Counted from the stretch's first letter, positions 44,038 to 54,182 are shown. The stretch: 64,000 nucleotides of DNA from an uncultured cyanobacterium (GCA_963793425.1 CAWCAG010000001.1:256001-320000); one strand, 5' to 3'. Notes: generated from the sequence alone by a model not told the origin. Program-made: numbers and translations.

Positions 44038-45231
44038 ATGGCTAACAAAGAATCTTGGGACTTAAACAGATTTTTTAAGACCCTCACCTATTTTGAAATA
44101 ATCCCTTTTATTGGTAGGCTTAAGTGTTTGAGAAGAATGATTCTTGGAGAGGAACAGAAAGCGCCTATGAGTCCTAAGATTAACCAAACAGGTGTGGTTT
44201 TGGTAGCAGGGGCAACTGGGGTTGTAGGCAAGGAAGTTGTTAAGCAACTTCAGAAACTTGATTACCCGGTGCGAGTTTTGGTACGGAGTATTGCTAGGGC
44301 AAAAAGAATTCTAGGAGAAGACTTAGATTTTTATGAAGGGGATATTGACACACCCCAAACTCTGCAACCGGAATTGCTGGGGGATGTTGCAGCGGTGATT
44401 TGTTTTACGGAAACCCAGGTTCAAGTTGAATCAACCCCGCAAACCTCTGAAGACAAGGGAGTGAAGAATTTAGTTGCTTTAGCAGCTAAGCATCTCAACG
44501 AAGCCACCACAACTACTATTTTTGATTTTAATAATCCTAGCCAGGAATTAAAAGATAGTTGGGGGGCTGTGGATGATGTGGTTATGGGGGGTGCGAGTCA
44601 AAGTAGCATTAAGATGTTTGGTCAGACAGCTTTGTTTTCTGGTAATGCTTCGGTAGCTAATTCCGGGGGATTCGCTTCTGTTCGCAACCGCAATTTTGCT
44701 CCTCCCTTAGATTTATCTGCTTATGAAGGTTTTGAGTTGCACCTTAAAGGAGATGGCAAGCGTTATAAGTTTATCGCCCGTTGTGAGGGGAAGTGGGATG
44801 GAATTAGTTATTGTTATTCCTTTGATACTGCAAAGTCTGAGTGGCTAACAGTCCGTATACCCTTTGCTGAATTGATTCCTGTGTTTCGGGCTAAGACTCT
44901 GGCTGATGCTGATAGTTTTGCGGCAGCTAAAACCTATGCAGTGCAGTTAATGTATAGTAAGTTTGAATATGATGGGGAACTCAACCCAACTTTTGAACCC
45001 GGTTATTTTGAGTTAGAAGTTGCTTCGATTAAGGCCTATGGTGGTGAGGCTAAACCTCAGTTTGTGGTTATTAGTCCTGTTGATGTTAATTTAGAAGAAG
45101 AGCCTTCTGCGGTGAAAGTAAATGAGCTTTTGAAGGGCATTTTAACTGGGGAGTTACCGGGAGAAGATACCGTTAGGGAAAGCGGTTTAAATTATAGGAT
45201 AGTAGATATTGAGAGTCAGCAGGGACAGTAA
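44038..45231 (+). CDS. NAD(P)-binding Rossmann plus CIA30 domain protein, C-terminus looks shortened
   Basis: VAGATGVVG; WGAVDDVVMGGAS, GGFASVR, SKFEYDGELNP; ends shortly after RESGLNY. Confidence 0.85.
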   Translation: MANKESWDLNRFFKTLTYFEIIPFIGRLKCLRRMILGEEQKAPMSPKINQTGVVLVAGATGVVGKEVVKQLQKLDYPVRVLVRSIARAKRILGEDLDFYEGDIDTPQTLQPELLGDVAAVICFTETQVQVESTPQTSEDKGVKNLVALAAKHLNEATTTTIFDFNNPSQELKDSWGAVDDVVMGGASQSSIKMFGQTALFSGNASVANSGGFASVRNRNFAPPLDLSAYEGFELHLKGDGKRYKFIARCEGKWDGISYCYSFDTAKSEWLTVRIPFAELIPVFRAKTLADADSFAAAKTYAVQLMYSKFEYDGELNPTFEPGYFELEVASIKAYGGEAKPQFVVISPVDVNLEEEPSAVKVNELLKGILTGELPGEDTVRESGLNYRIVDIESQQGQ

Positions 45232-45263
45232 TTATTCTATACAATCTAAATACCTGACAGCTT

Positions 45264-45662
45264 ATGAAATACCACGTAATTTATGATGGCAACTGCAACC
45301 TTTGTACAAACTTGGTGCAGGTTTTAGAAAAACTGGATCGAGGAGAAATATTTGATTATTTACCAATGCAAGATGAAGCAGGTTTAAAGGCGTTTGAGGT
45401 TACTCCTCAAGACTGCGAAATGGGCATGATTTTGATTGATGGTAATAACCCCTCTCGACGCTGGCAAGGTAGCAATGCAGCAGAAGAAATGGCTAACCTT
45501 TTACCCGCAGGAGAGTTATTTATTAATGCTTATCGTTCTCTTCCTGGTGTAAAATCTTTAGGCGATCGCGCTTATGAACAAGTGCGGGATAATCGTTATA
45601 GTTGGTTTGGTAAGCGTACTTCAACTTATCAATCTGCTTATCCGGTGGGGTGTAGTAAGTAA
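45264..45662 (+). CDS. DCC1-like thiol-disulfide oxidoreductase (DUF393)
   Basis: YDGNCNLC and NRYSWFG. Confidence 0.92.
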   Translation: MKYHVIYDGNCNLCTNLVQVLEKLDRGEIFDYLPMQDEAGLKAFEVTPQDCEMGMILIDGNNPSRRWQGSNAAEEMANLLPAGELFINAYRSLPGVKSLGDRAYEQVRDNRYSWFGKRTSTYQSAYPVGCSK

Positions 45663-45744
45663 TAAGTAATAAGTAATAAGTAATAAGTAATAAGTAATAA
45701 GTAATAAGTAATAAGTAATAAGTAATAAGTAATAAGTAATAAGT
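45657..45744. repeat. Perfect heptamer tandem repeat (aagtaat), about 12.5 copies
   Basis: Read directly. Confidence 0.97.
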
Positions 45745-45779
45745 TTGACCTACCTTTGTAATTGGTTACTCGATGCTAT

Positions 45780-45954
45780 TAGTCCTGTTTAGAGGACTTT
45801 TTGTATTAGCCAAGAAATGAATTTCTTGGTGATTTATGGGAGAGGGTAAAAGTGCGATTATGCGGCAGATTGCTAGTTTGTTAGCCCGTTAGCCCGACAG
45901 TCCGCCCGGAAATTAATTTCCGGGCTAATACCTTAAGTCTATTAAAATAGACTA
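45780..45954. repeat. Inverted pair of 52-bp double-hairpin REP-like units
   Basis: 45780-45831 and the reverse complement of 45903-45954 align, with compensatory changes in both hairpins. Confidence 0.75.
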
Positions 45955-46050
45955 CCGACTAAAATGTACTATTTCAGCGACTTACTAGGAGATTTATAAC
46001 CGATATCAACTCTTTGTAATTGTTTACCGGATGCTATTAGCCAAAACCCC

Positions 46051-46078
46051 GTAGGGGCGAATGGCCATTCGCCCCTAC
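46051..46078. repeat. Perfect 28-bp GTAG-type REP-like palindrome
   Basis: gtaggggcgaatggccattcgcccctac is its own reverse complement. Confidence 0.9.
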
Positions 46079-46096
46079 ACCATGACTATCAATTAA

Positions 46097-49000
46097 TTAA
46101 TTCCCTCCTTCGCTTTGCCGTAATTCCTCCATTTCTTCTGGGGTGAAAGGATTATTCCCTTGCTTCAAAGCAGCTAGCCAACGTTGGCGCTTAGCTTTTA
46201 ATTCTTTTCGCTTATCAAACAAATCACTATCTACAACTGCTTGAAAATCTGCGATCGCCCCCGAAATATCTCCAGTTAAAGCCCTTGCCAGTCCGCGAGT
46301 ATCTCGGCATATCTCCTTATTAGGAAGAAGCTTTACTAACTTCTCCCCAGCAAAAATAACATTGGCAGCATAACCATGTAAGCAACCATATTTACAAAGT
46401 TGATACCAAAACTGAGGAGATATTTCTAATTTGGGGTCTAGTAGTTGCGCTTTCTGATAAGCAGGGAGTGCTTTATCAATTTCTCCTTCTTTTGCTAAAT
46501 CATAGCCACGACTCAACTCTATCGCTGCCTGAAAATTGGCTTCTTGGGCTAAAGCTTCAGGAATATTATCTGCTTTGTGTAAACCAATAGCATTTGACCA
46601 ATTTGTACCATTATTCCATTTAATATCGCTGAGGTGGGCGTAACTGAGGTGGGCGTTACTGAGGTGGGCGTCACTGAGGTTGGCGTTACGGAGGTTGGCG
46701 TTACGGAGGTGGGCGTAACTGAGGTTGGCGTTACTGAGGTTGGCGTACACTGAGGTTGGCGTTACTGAGGTCGGCGTTACTGAGGTGGGCGTTACTGAGG
46801 TTGGCGTCACTGAGGTCAATGGGTTACTAAGGTCAGTCGTAACTGAAAAATTTGCCAACTAAGGAAGCAAAACTAAAAACTCCAAGACAGTCAATATAAC
46901 CAATCAAACGCAACAAACGCTGATCATTAAAATCCTCTGTATCAGGCTGACCACAAGGATAAAAAGTAACCTTATCCTTCAACTCTTTCTGCGACTGCCC
47001 ATAACGATGCAACTCCAACAGCAAAATCAAAACATTCAAGCCAGTATAAATATCAACCTGTCGCTGCCCCCTTTCAACATCGTACTTTTGCAACTGCCTC
47101 CCCTTGCGTTGCGGTAAAGTTTCCTCCGTAGACTCAATAAACTCCCCATCACTCCAACGCAAATAAAAATCATGCAACCTCTCAAACAACGCCACGAAAT
47201 CAGGTTGACTTTGAATCAACAAAGGAGTTAAATAACCCACAACTTCCACCGTCAAAGCCCCATAACCAAACAGATCATAAACTTGCCAATCCATCTCCTT
47301 AGTAGAAACAACGTAGGTTTTACGCCGCTTCCCAGCCTTCTGTGTCCATTCTGTCAAACTCTCTACCATCCTTTCAGCACAAAGAAACTCACCAAAACTT
47401 TTATGAAAAAACTCCACACAATTCTCTGCACCGGGACTAGATTTAAGATAAAAAGCCGCTAAAGCATTCTTAAGAGGATTCTTCTCATCCTTTTCTCTTG
47501 CATTTGCTAAAAGTTCCTTCGCCGCTTCATCTTCCTTCGCCGTCAAACGCTCTTCAATCGTCGCCACCGCCGCATATTCCCGCCCCGACTGCACCACACA
47601 TAAACCAGCTTCCGCTAAAATGCTCCGTAAGTCTTCCGATTCTAAACCAGTAATTTCCAGGTTTAAATCCTTGCCTGCTTCCCTTCTCTGTTTCTTCAAC
47701 ACCCAATCAATGGCCCTTTCATAAATTAGCACCTTGGGGTCAACGGGATTATCTTCAGCAAACATCTGGGTTTGTAAAACATCATCCCGGTGCATTGCGG
47801 CGAGAAGATACAGCAAAAGAGGTTCTTGGGCCAGAATTTTTATCTGTTGGGGACAGCGTTTTTCTTTAAGAAATGCTTGGAAAGCTTCTGTTTTCTCCTT
47901 AGCTTTGCTGGCATCTGCATCAACAACCTTTTCCCAACAACTTAACCACTTCCTTTGAATAGTTTCCGACATGGTTAAAATAGCAACCCGCCCTAAATTG
48001 CCATGTCGTAGGGAACGTTGAATACCATAAAGGGCAAAAGGTCTACCCGTAATCACAACCCTATGCCCCCTTTCTTTATTCTCCTTGCATTGTTGCTGAA
48101 ACTTCGCTACTTGGTCTAAAAAACTCTCTAAACCTTGATTCGCCCCCCTTTCTAACAGCAACTCATCAAAACCATCCAACAAAAACAGAAAACGAGTATT
48201 ACGATCTGTCAGCCAACCATGATCACTGGTTGCAAAATCCCTGCCCACTGCTGCTTGCAGAGTTTTATCAAAATTAAACTCAAAAGTACTAACATCCCGC
48301 AACCGAATTAAAATCGGTGTCCAAATCGGATAAAATTCTCGCCCTATTCTATCGGCAAACATCCGACAAAAAACACTTTTTCCTCTACCTGGGCCTCCTT
48401 GAATAAAAAGAACTTGCCCTTGCTTTCCCTCATCCTGTAAGAGATTCAGCGCCCAATCTTCAATACTTTCCGGGTCAGCAAATTTGTTAATTTCCCCATC
48501 TTCTTTAACAGATTTAACCTCCAGGGGAACATAAACATCCTGGAAACTAAACTCTTCATCAAAAACCTTTTCCTGGGGTTTTTTGGCAATAACCTCTTCT
48601 AAATAATCATCAATACTTAAATAAGCTTCCTCTTCCCGTTGCCAATCCCCACCATAAACAAAAGCCAACTTCTTCACCGCATCTCCCGCTTCAACAAAAG
48701 CCCGTTTCAGATAACGATGAGTATTGCGGCTAATTCTTTCTGTAACAATTTCTGCTTCTGTTTCCCTTAACCCCGCTTCCTGGAAACGTTTTGTCAGCAA
48801 TTGGTTAAAAGCCTCGGCTAAATTTGACTCATGAAAACAGAGTAAAACCTTTCTCGCTTCGTTTTCATCTAAAGGAAATTCCTGGCCATTGAGTTCTAAC
48901 TTTTTTCCCAGGTTTTTAATTTCTTTGCCCAGGTTTTTAGAAACCTTTTCTTCATTAAACTGCTGGTGAATCTCCGGATGGGTTTTCAGGAATCTCTGCA

Positions 49001-49343
49001 TACTCTCCAAATATGCCCCCTGACTCACCAAAGCAATGCAAACTTCTAAACTCGGTTCCTTTCTATTTTTCTCGACATAGAAAGTCAAAATACCCGTAAC
49101 CAAAGGCAAAAAGGGCAAACCCGCCTCAACAACTTTCCCCAACGGCGAATCAAGAACATCTAACAGCGAATCAACTTGCCCCAGAAACGGCTCTAACTCT
49201 CCCTTCTTCTCATCTAAAGTCTCCGCCAGTTCAAAAAAGCCCTGAAAAGCTTCAATATAGTCTTTACAAGTATCCTGAGTAAAAAACTCGCTAACATCAG
49301 TATTGAGAACGCGCCAGACATCATGCCAAATATTTTTAACCAT
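46097..49343 (-). pseudogene. NACHT-type STAND NTPase with pentapeptide repeats and C-terminal TPR, frameshifted within the repeats
   Basis: Walker A GGPGRGKS, Walker B LFLLDGFDE, PLLL, EFFHKSFGEFL; ANLSN pentapeptides and TPR-like helices in downstream ORF; small insertions at about 46747, 46822, 46837. Confidence 0.85.
46631..46844 (-). repeat. 15-bp pentapeptide-coding tandem repeat, 12 regular units plus 2 degenerate
   Basis: Plus-strand unit gaggtNggcgtNac(t/g). Confidence 0.95.
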
Positions 49344-49371
49344 CTTTTTTTCAGCAGTTATTCAGATTCAA

Positions 49372-49468
49372 TGGTGCGTTACGTCTACGGCTAACAGCAC
49401 CCTACTTGATTTGGTTATTTATGAAGATTACATAGTATTAATAACGTAAATTTGGTAGGGTGTGTTAG
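49372..49468. repeat. Inverted REP-like pair (gtagggtg..ttag)
   Basis: ggtgcgtta...taacagcaccctac followed by gtagggtgtgttag. Confidence 0.6.
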
Positions 49469-49561
49469 TACGCTTCAAGATATCAAAGTAGCTTCAGAAA
49501 GTTTAGTTCAGCCCGCAGGCGTACCACTTTGTCATTACTTTCCACTCACCCAGTCTCCCCA

Positions 49562-49587
49562 GTAGCCTACGGCAACGCTTACGCGAA
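49562..49587. repeat. Short dispersed repeat copy
   Basis: gtagcctacggcaacgcttacgcgaa. Confidence 0.75.
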
Positions 49588-49589
49588 CC

Positions 49590-51116
49590 CTAGCTCCCTA
49601 AATCCCTTGCTTCCTGCCTTTTAAGATTCAAAGTATAACCCCGTAAATCTGCTGCCACTTCATTGGAAAGTAGATAGGCTCCAATTAGGTTAGGAAAAGA
49701 CATGGCAAATAACATTGCATCGCTGAAATCAAGTACTGAACCGGGGTTGCTGACAGAACCAATAAAAATAGCCATTAAGAATAAAATTTTATAAACAATT
49801 ACGCTGCCTTCACCAAAGCGAGAACTAAATAGATAATCCCAAGCCTTTTCTCCGTAGTAACTCCAGGAAATCATTGTGGAGAAAGCGAAGAAGAAAACGG
49901 AGATAGAAAGCAAGATCGGGAACCAGTCAATTACTGTACCGAAAGCTACAGAAGTTAAGGCTGCACCGGCGCTTTCCTCTACTAAAGCAGCATTGGCCGG
50001 ATCGTTATAAACTCCGGTAATAATAATCACCAAAGCCGTCATATTACAAACAATGACTGTATCAATAAAAGGCTCTAGCAAAGCAACTAAACCTTCTTTG
50101 ATGGGTGCATCAGTTTTGGCCGCAGAGTGGGCGATCGCAGCGGAACCTAGCCCTGCTTCGTTGGAGAAAGTAGAACGCCTCAAGCCTTGCACCATCACCC
50201 CAACAAAGCCCCCAGCTACAGCTTCTCCGGAAAAAGCCCCCTGAAAAATAGCGGCTACGGCATTGGGAAGTTCACTAATGTTGCTGAGAATAATCCAGAC
50301 TGAAGCAAGAACATAAAGAATACACATGATCGGGACAATAGTTCCTGCAACTTGACCGATGCGGCGAATGCCCCCAATAATCACCATGCCCACCAAACCA
50401 GCTAGAATTAAGCCGTAAAGCCAGCCTCTGCCTTCCAATATGGGGACAACCTCCGACACTGCCACAAAAGACTGTTTGGCTTGGAACATATTTCCACCCC
50501 CAAAAGCCCCCCCAATACAAGCAATGGCAAAGAAGACAGCTAAAACCTTACCCAATGCCCTTTGTCCCAGTCTGGCTAAACCTTGAGACAGATAGTACAT
50601 CCCTCCCCCAGAAACACTACCATCAGGTTTAATAACCCGATACTTTTGCCCCAGGGTGCATTCCACAAATTTACTACTCATCCCCAACAAACCCCCCAGA
50701 GTCATCCAAAAACTAGCGCCAGGCCCTCCAATGCTAATGGCGATCGCAACTCCGGCAATGTTACCCAAACCTACAGTCGCAGAGAGTGCCGCAGCCAGGG
50801 CTTGGAAATGGGAAACTTCCCCTGGTGAATTAGGATCATCATATTTGCCCCGGACAATATTGATAGCATGGCCGAACATTCGCACATTGACAAACTTCAT
50901 GCGGATAGTGAAGAAAATTGCCGCAATTAGCAACCAGAGAACAATGAGAGGGAAACCAGCAATTTCAAAGAAGAGGATCGCAAAAAGAACCTCAGTTACC
51001 TGAGAAAAGACTTGATCAATACTGCTAAGAAAAGCATTCCCTGTTGCTTCTTCTTGGGCTAGTACAACAGTGGGAATTAAACAAAATAAGACCGCTAATA
51101 ACCAGGATCGCTTCAT
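49590..51116 (-). CDS. Alanine/glycine:cation symporter (AGCS family)
   Basis: ATVGLGNIAGVA, GGPGA, FSNEAGLGSA, EPFIDT, FAFSTMISWSYYG; ATG at 51116. Confidence 0.95.
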   Translation of the reverse strand: MKRSWLLAVLFCLIPTVVLAQEEATGNAFLSSIDQVFSQVTEVLFAILFFEIAGFPLIVLWLLIAAIFFTIRMKFVNVRMFGHAINIVRGKYDDPNSPGEVSHFQALAAALSATVGLGNIAGVAIAISIGGPGASFWMTLGGLLGMSSKFVECTLGQKYRVIKPDGSVSGGGMYYLSQGLARLGQRALGKVLAVFFAIACIGGAFGGGNMFQAKQSFVAVSEVVPILEGRGWLYGLILAGLVGMVIIGGIRRIGQVAGTIVPIMCILYVLASVWIILSNISELPNAVAAIFQGAFSGEAVAGGFVGVMVQGLRRSTFSNEAGLGSAAIAHSAAKTDAPIKEGLVALLEPFIDTVIVCNMTALVIIITGVYNDPANAALVEESAGAALTSVAFGTVIDWFPILLSISVFFFAFSTMISWSYYGEKAWDYLFSSRFGEGSVIVYKILFLMAIFIGSVSNPGSVLDFSDAMLFAMSFPNLIGAYLLSNEVAADLRGYTLNLKRQEARDLGS

Positions 51117-51393
51117 AATTATCAAATTAGGTTTTATCAATTAATTGAGTTTAAACCAAATTAGGCTGGAAGCAAGTAATTTATACCAATTGACAAACAT
51201 TGCTACCCTCTCCACCTCATTTAGCTGAGATTTACTGAATAGGGAGATTTCTACAAAGCAAAACGCTATACTAAACGGGTGAAGTCTAGGTCATGATGTT
51301 TTGTTAACTTTTAAATACATATGTTAATTTAATTCAAACAGAGGGGTTCTAAAACCCTGGCTGATATTACAAATATCGTTTCTCCTACGAACT

Positions 51394-53154
51394 ATGACAA
51401 AGACTACCTCAGCAGTTAAGGCTTTTATTACTACTTATGATAGTGAGCCTCTGACATATCAAAACTTGGAGAATGCCCTTGAAGCCATTTGTGGCAGTGA
51501 GTATTTCAGAAGCTTATTGCTTTCTCTTATTAACAGTCCAGCCTTTTCAGAGGAACTCGGAGAAGAATTTGCTCTAGCGGGTGCGGTTCAAGCTTTATCA
51601 GCTTGTCGCCGGCTACGGAGTTCTCTTAACCTCTCACTCAATAGCTTTTTTGGTTTACTGGCTGAATTAACCTCCGCTTTTGACGAAGCTGTTGGCTCTG
51701 AGTGGTCAGAATTTGCCGAAAGAATGCACCTTGCTAATTTAGGTACAAATAAGTTATTAGATTACCTTTTACGCAGTAAGGAACGAGAATTTTATCAGAA
51801 GTTAGCAGATAATCTCGTTGAGGTCAACCCCCATGGGATCTATCCAACATCCAGCTATCGGGAAAGTCGTGGTCATGTGGTTAGTACTGCCGATGATCAA
51901 ATCATCGAAGCGGTAATGAGGTCGAGTACCTTTACCTCAATTCAACTTATTGACAACTCCCTAGATCCTGAACAACATATCCTCAGAGATTTATACATTC
52001 CCCTCGGACGCTGTGTTTGTTTGGTAGATAAGAATGTAGAACACTATTACGGTGAACAGATTGAACATTACTTCCGTTACCACAACATCCATCTAGAAAA
52101 GCTTGTCTATCGGGCCATGGAAGTGGATAAAGGCATCTACACCGTAGAAAAGATCCTCGGAGATTTTAAAGCCCTTGGGGTTTCTCGCAACGAACCTGTA
52201 TTGATTATGGGTGGTGGTGTCCTGGCTGATACCGCCGGGCTTGCTTGCGCCTTATATCACCGCAACACCCCCTATGTCATGTTGTCTACATCAATTGTGG
52301 CTGGTATCGATGCAGGGCCTTCTCCACGAACTTGCTGCGATGGCTTTGGTTACAAGAATCTTTTTGGGGCTTACCATCCCCCAATTCTTTCCATTACCGA
52401 CCGCTTCTTCTTCAAAACCCTGCGGGAAGGATGGCTACGGCACGGTATCATCGAAATCATCAAAATGGCTGTAGTGAAAGATGCAGAACTCTTCGGGTAT
52501 TTAGAGCAAGCTAAAGCACAGCTTATTACAACTCGTTTCGGGACAATGAACTGTCAGCCAGAAGATGAAATCAATCATCTCTCCCAGAAAATTCTTGGGG
52601 CTGCATTGCGTAGCTATGTAGCGGCGGAATACGATAACCTTTATGAAACCCACCAATGTCGCCCCCATGCCTATGGCCATACTTGGTCACCGGGTTTTGA
52701 AATTGAAGCTGGGTTATTGCATGGCCATGCAGTTTCCATTGGTATGGGCTTTGGAGCTTATTTAAGTTACCGCTTAAACTGGATTACCAAAGAGGATTTC
52801 CACAGAATCATGAGCCTTATTAGTTCCTTTGGCTTGAGCTTATGGCATGATATTCTGCTGAAAAAAGAAACCCTTTGGTTTTCCCAAGAAAAAATTGTCC
52901 AAAAGCGAGGAGGCAACCTCGCAATACCTTTACCCAAAGGAGAAATTGGTCAATGTGCATACCTCAACTCCTTAACCCGTGAGGAACTTTATGAGGCGAT
53001 CGCAGCATATCAAAAGATTTGTACAGATTACCCCAGACAAGGCTTAGGCATTGACCCACTCTGTAGTGATGTCGGCTTAGAAGATCCTTCAACCGTAGCC
53101 CAAGCCCCCGATCAATCGGAACAAACTCCGGAACCCAGATTATCAGTCGTCTAG
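51394..53154 (+). CDS. Sedoheptulose 7-phosphate cyclase, desmethyl-4-deoxygadusol synthase (MysA)-type, long form with N-terminal extension
   Basis: DHQS-fold GGGVLAD, GIDAG, YKNLFGAYHPP, EIIKMA, AYGHTWSP, LLHGHAV. Confidence 0.85.
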   Translation: MTKTTSAVKAFITTYDSEPLTYQNLENALEAICGSEYFRSLLLSLINSPAFSEELGEEFALAGAVQALSACRRLRSSLNLSLNSFFGLLAELTSAFDEAVGSEWSEFAERMHLANLGTNKLLDYLLRSKEREFYQKLADNLVEVNPHGIYPTSSYRESRGHVVSTADDQIIEAVMRSSTFTSIQLIDNSLDPEQHILRDLYIPLGRCVCLVDKNVEHYYGEQIEHYFRYHNIHLEKLVYRAMEVDKGIYTVEKILGDFKALGVSRNEPVLIMGGGVLADTAGLACALYHRNTPYVMLSTSIVAGIDAGPSPRTCCDGFGYKNLFGAYHPPILSITDRFFFKTLREGWLRHGIIEIIKMAVVKDAELFGYLEQAKAQLITTRFGTMNCQPEDEINHLSQKILGAALRSYVAAEYDNLYETHQCRPHAYGHTWSPGFEIEAGLLHGHAVSIGMGFGAYLSYRLNWITKEDFHRIMSLISSFGLSLWHDILLKKETLWFSQEKIVQKRGGNLAIPLPKGEIGQCAYLNSLTREELYEAIAAYQKICTDYPRQGLGIDPLCSDVGLEDPSTVAQAPDQSEQTPEPRLSVV

Positions 53155-53174
53155 AGCAGCAACTTTCTCAGCCC

Positions 53175-54182
53175 ATGGCCCCAGAAACATTTGACTTTGT
53201 TATCCCTCTTTACCGCATACGTTGGAATACGCAAGCTGTTTTAGAGGGTATTACTACCCATTACCAACCCCGCGCCATCCATGTCATTGCCCCTGGCTTT
53301 GAAGCGCGATCTCTAGCTGAAGCAGCTCAGGAATGGGACATTGCCCCTCTCCATAGCTATGAGGAAGAAACATTCTTTGGCAAGAGCGATCTTACCAAAG
53401 AAAAAATCTGTGCAGAACTTGATTTAGAGTTATCTCTTTATACTCCCGGTTGGTTTTATCAACAGTTATTAAAGCTGGGTGCATTTGAAGGTATTGAGGA
53501 GTTGAGTGAATGGTATGTTGTCTGGGATAGTGATTTACTTCCTGTAAATGCTTGGCCCCTCATTCATGAGAAGGATTCAAAGCTTCAACATACCTTTGCC
53601 CTGATTCAAAACAACGGCTGGGGTAATGCTAACATTGTCTCAAAATGGGATAAGTGGATTTCCTCAGTACTTGGGGTCAAACCTCTCACTGACAAAGAAG
53701 GCAGCTTTGTTCCCCATCATATGTGGTTCAAGCAGGAGCATCTCAAGTCATTTAAACACCAGGTGAACAGATACTACGAATCACAAGATCACTGGCTATT
53801 GTTGATGATGGGTTCAGCTAACGAGTTTGGTACTTTTAGCGAATATTGGTCTTATGTTTCTTGGGTGGCTGCGATCGCCCCCAACGACCTAGCTTTCTAT
53901 CCCTATAAGCAATATGGAGAGACGACTGAACGATTTTTTGATGATGGCACAGGTTTGTTTTCTGCGGCATTGAGGCGTTATCAATCCCTAACATCTCAAC
54001 CTTCCCAGGATAGCTTTTCCCCTTCCTATCAAGAGGTATCCTCCTTTATTCGGGAAGAGTATGGAGAAGATAAAATGCCCTCCTCTTTGTCTTTTGAAAG
54101 CAGTCCCCGACATCTGAAGAAGAACAAAGAGAATATGCACATTGAAGAATTGCGCTCTCGTTGGAATCCACGGGATGACTGA
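53175..54182 (+). CDS. DUF6492-like putative glycosyltransferase-fold protein
   Basis: N-terminal DFVIP strand, GWFYQQLLKL, WDSD (DxD), HHM, FSEY motifs; 20 bp downstream of the cyclase. Confidence 0.65.
   Translation: MAPETFDFVIPLYRIRWNTQAVLEGITTHYQPRAIHVIAPGFEARSLAEAAQEWDIAPLHSYEEETFFGKSDLTKEKICAELDLELSLYTPGWFYQQLLKLGAFEGIEELSEWYVVWDSDLLPVNAWPLIHEKDSKLQHTFALIQNNGWGNANIVSKWDKWISSVLGVKPLTDKEGSFVPHHMWFKQEHLKSFKHQVNRYYESQDHWLLLMMGSANEFGTFSEYWSYVSWVAAIAPNDLAFYPYKQYGETTERFFDDGTGLFSAALRRYQSLTSQPSQDSFSPSYQEVSSFIREEYGEDKMPSSLSFESSPRHLKKNKENMHIEELRSRWNPRDD

Noticed and set aside
45657..45744. Heptamer tract as a phase-variation switch
   Set aside because: Lies at and after the stop codon between convergent genes; such tracts are common in cyanobacteria
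46631..46844. Diversity-generating retroelement variable region
   Set aside because: No reverse transcriptase or template repeat in the window, and second-position adenines of AAC never vary; kept only as an unexplained hypervariability finding
46750..46858. SVTPT-repeat N-terminus of the 253-aa ORF as a real protein start
   Set aside because: It is the pentapeptide tract read out of frame after small insertions
51394..53154. Housekeeping 3-dehydroquinate synthase (aroB) or a complete MAA cluster
   Set aside because: Length and AYGHTWSP motif fit the DDGS-type cyclases; mysB/C/D are absent from the window
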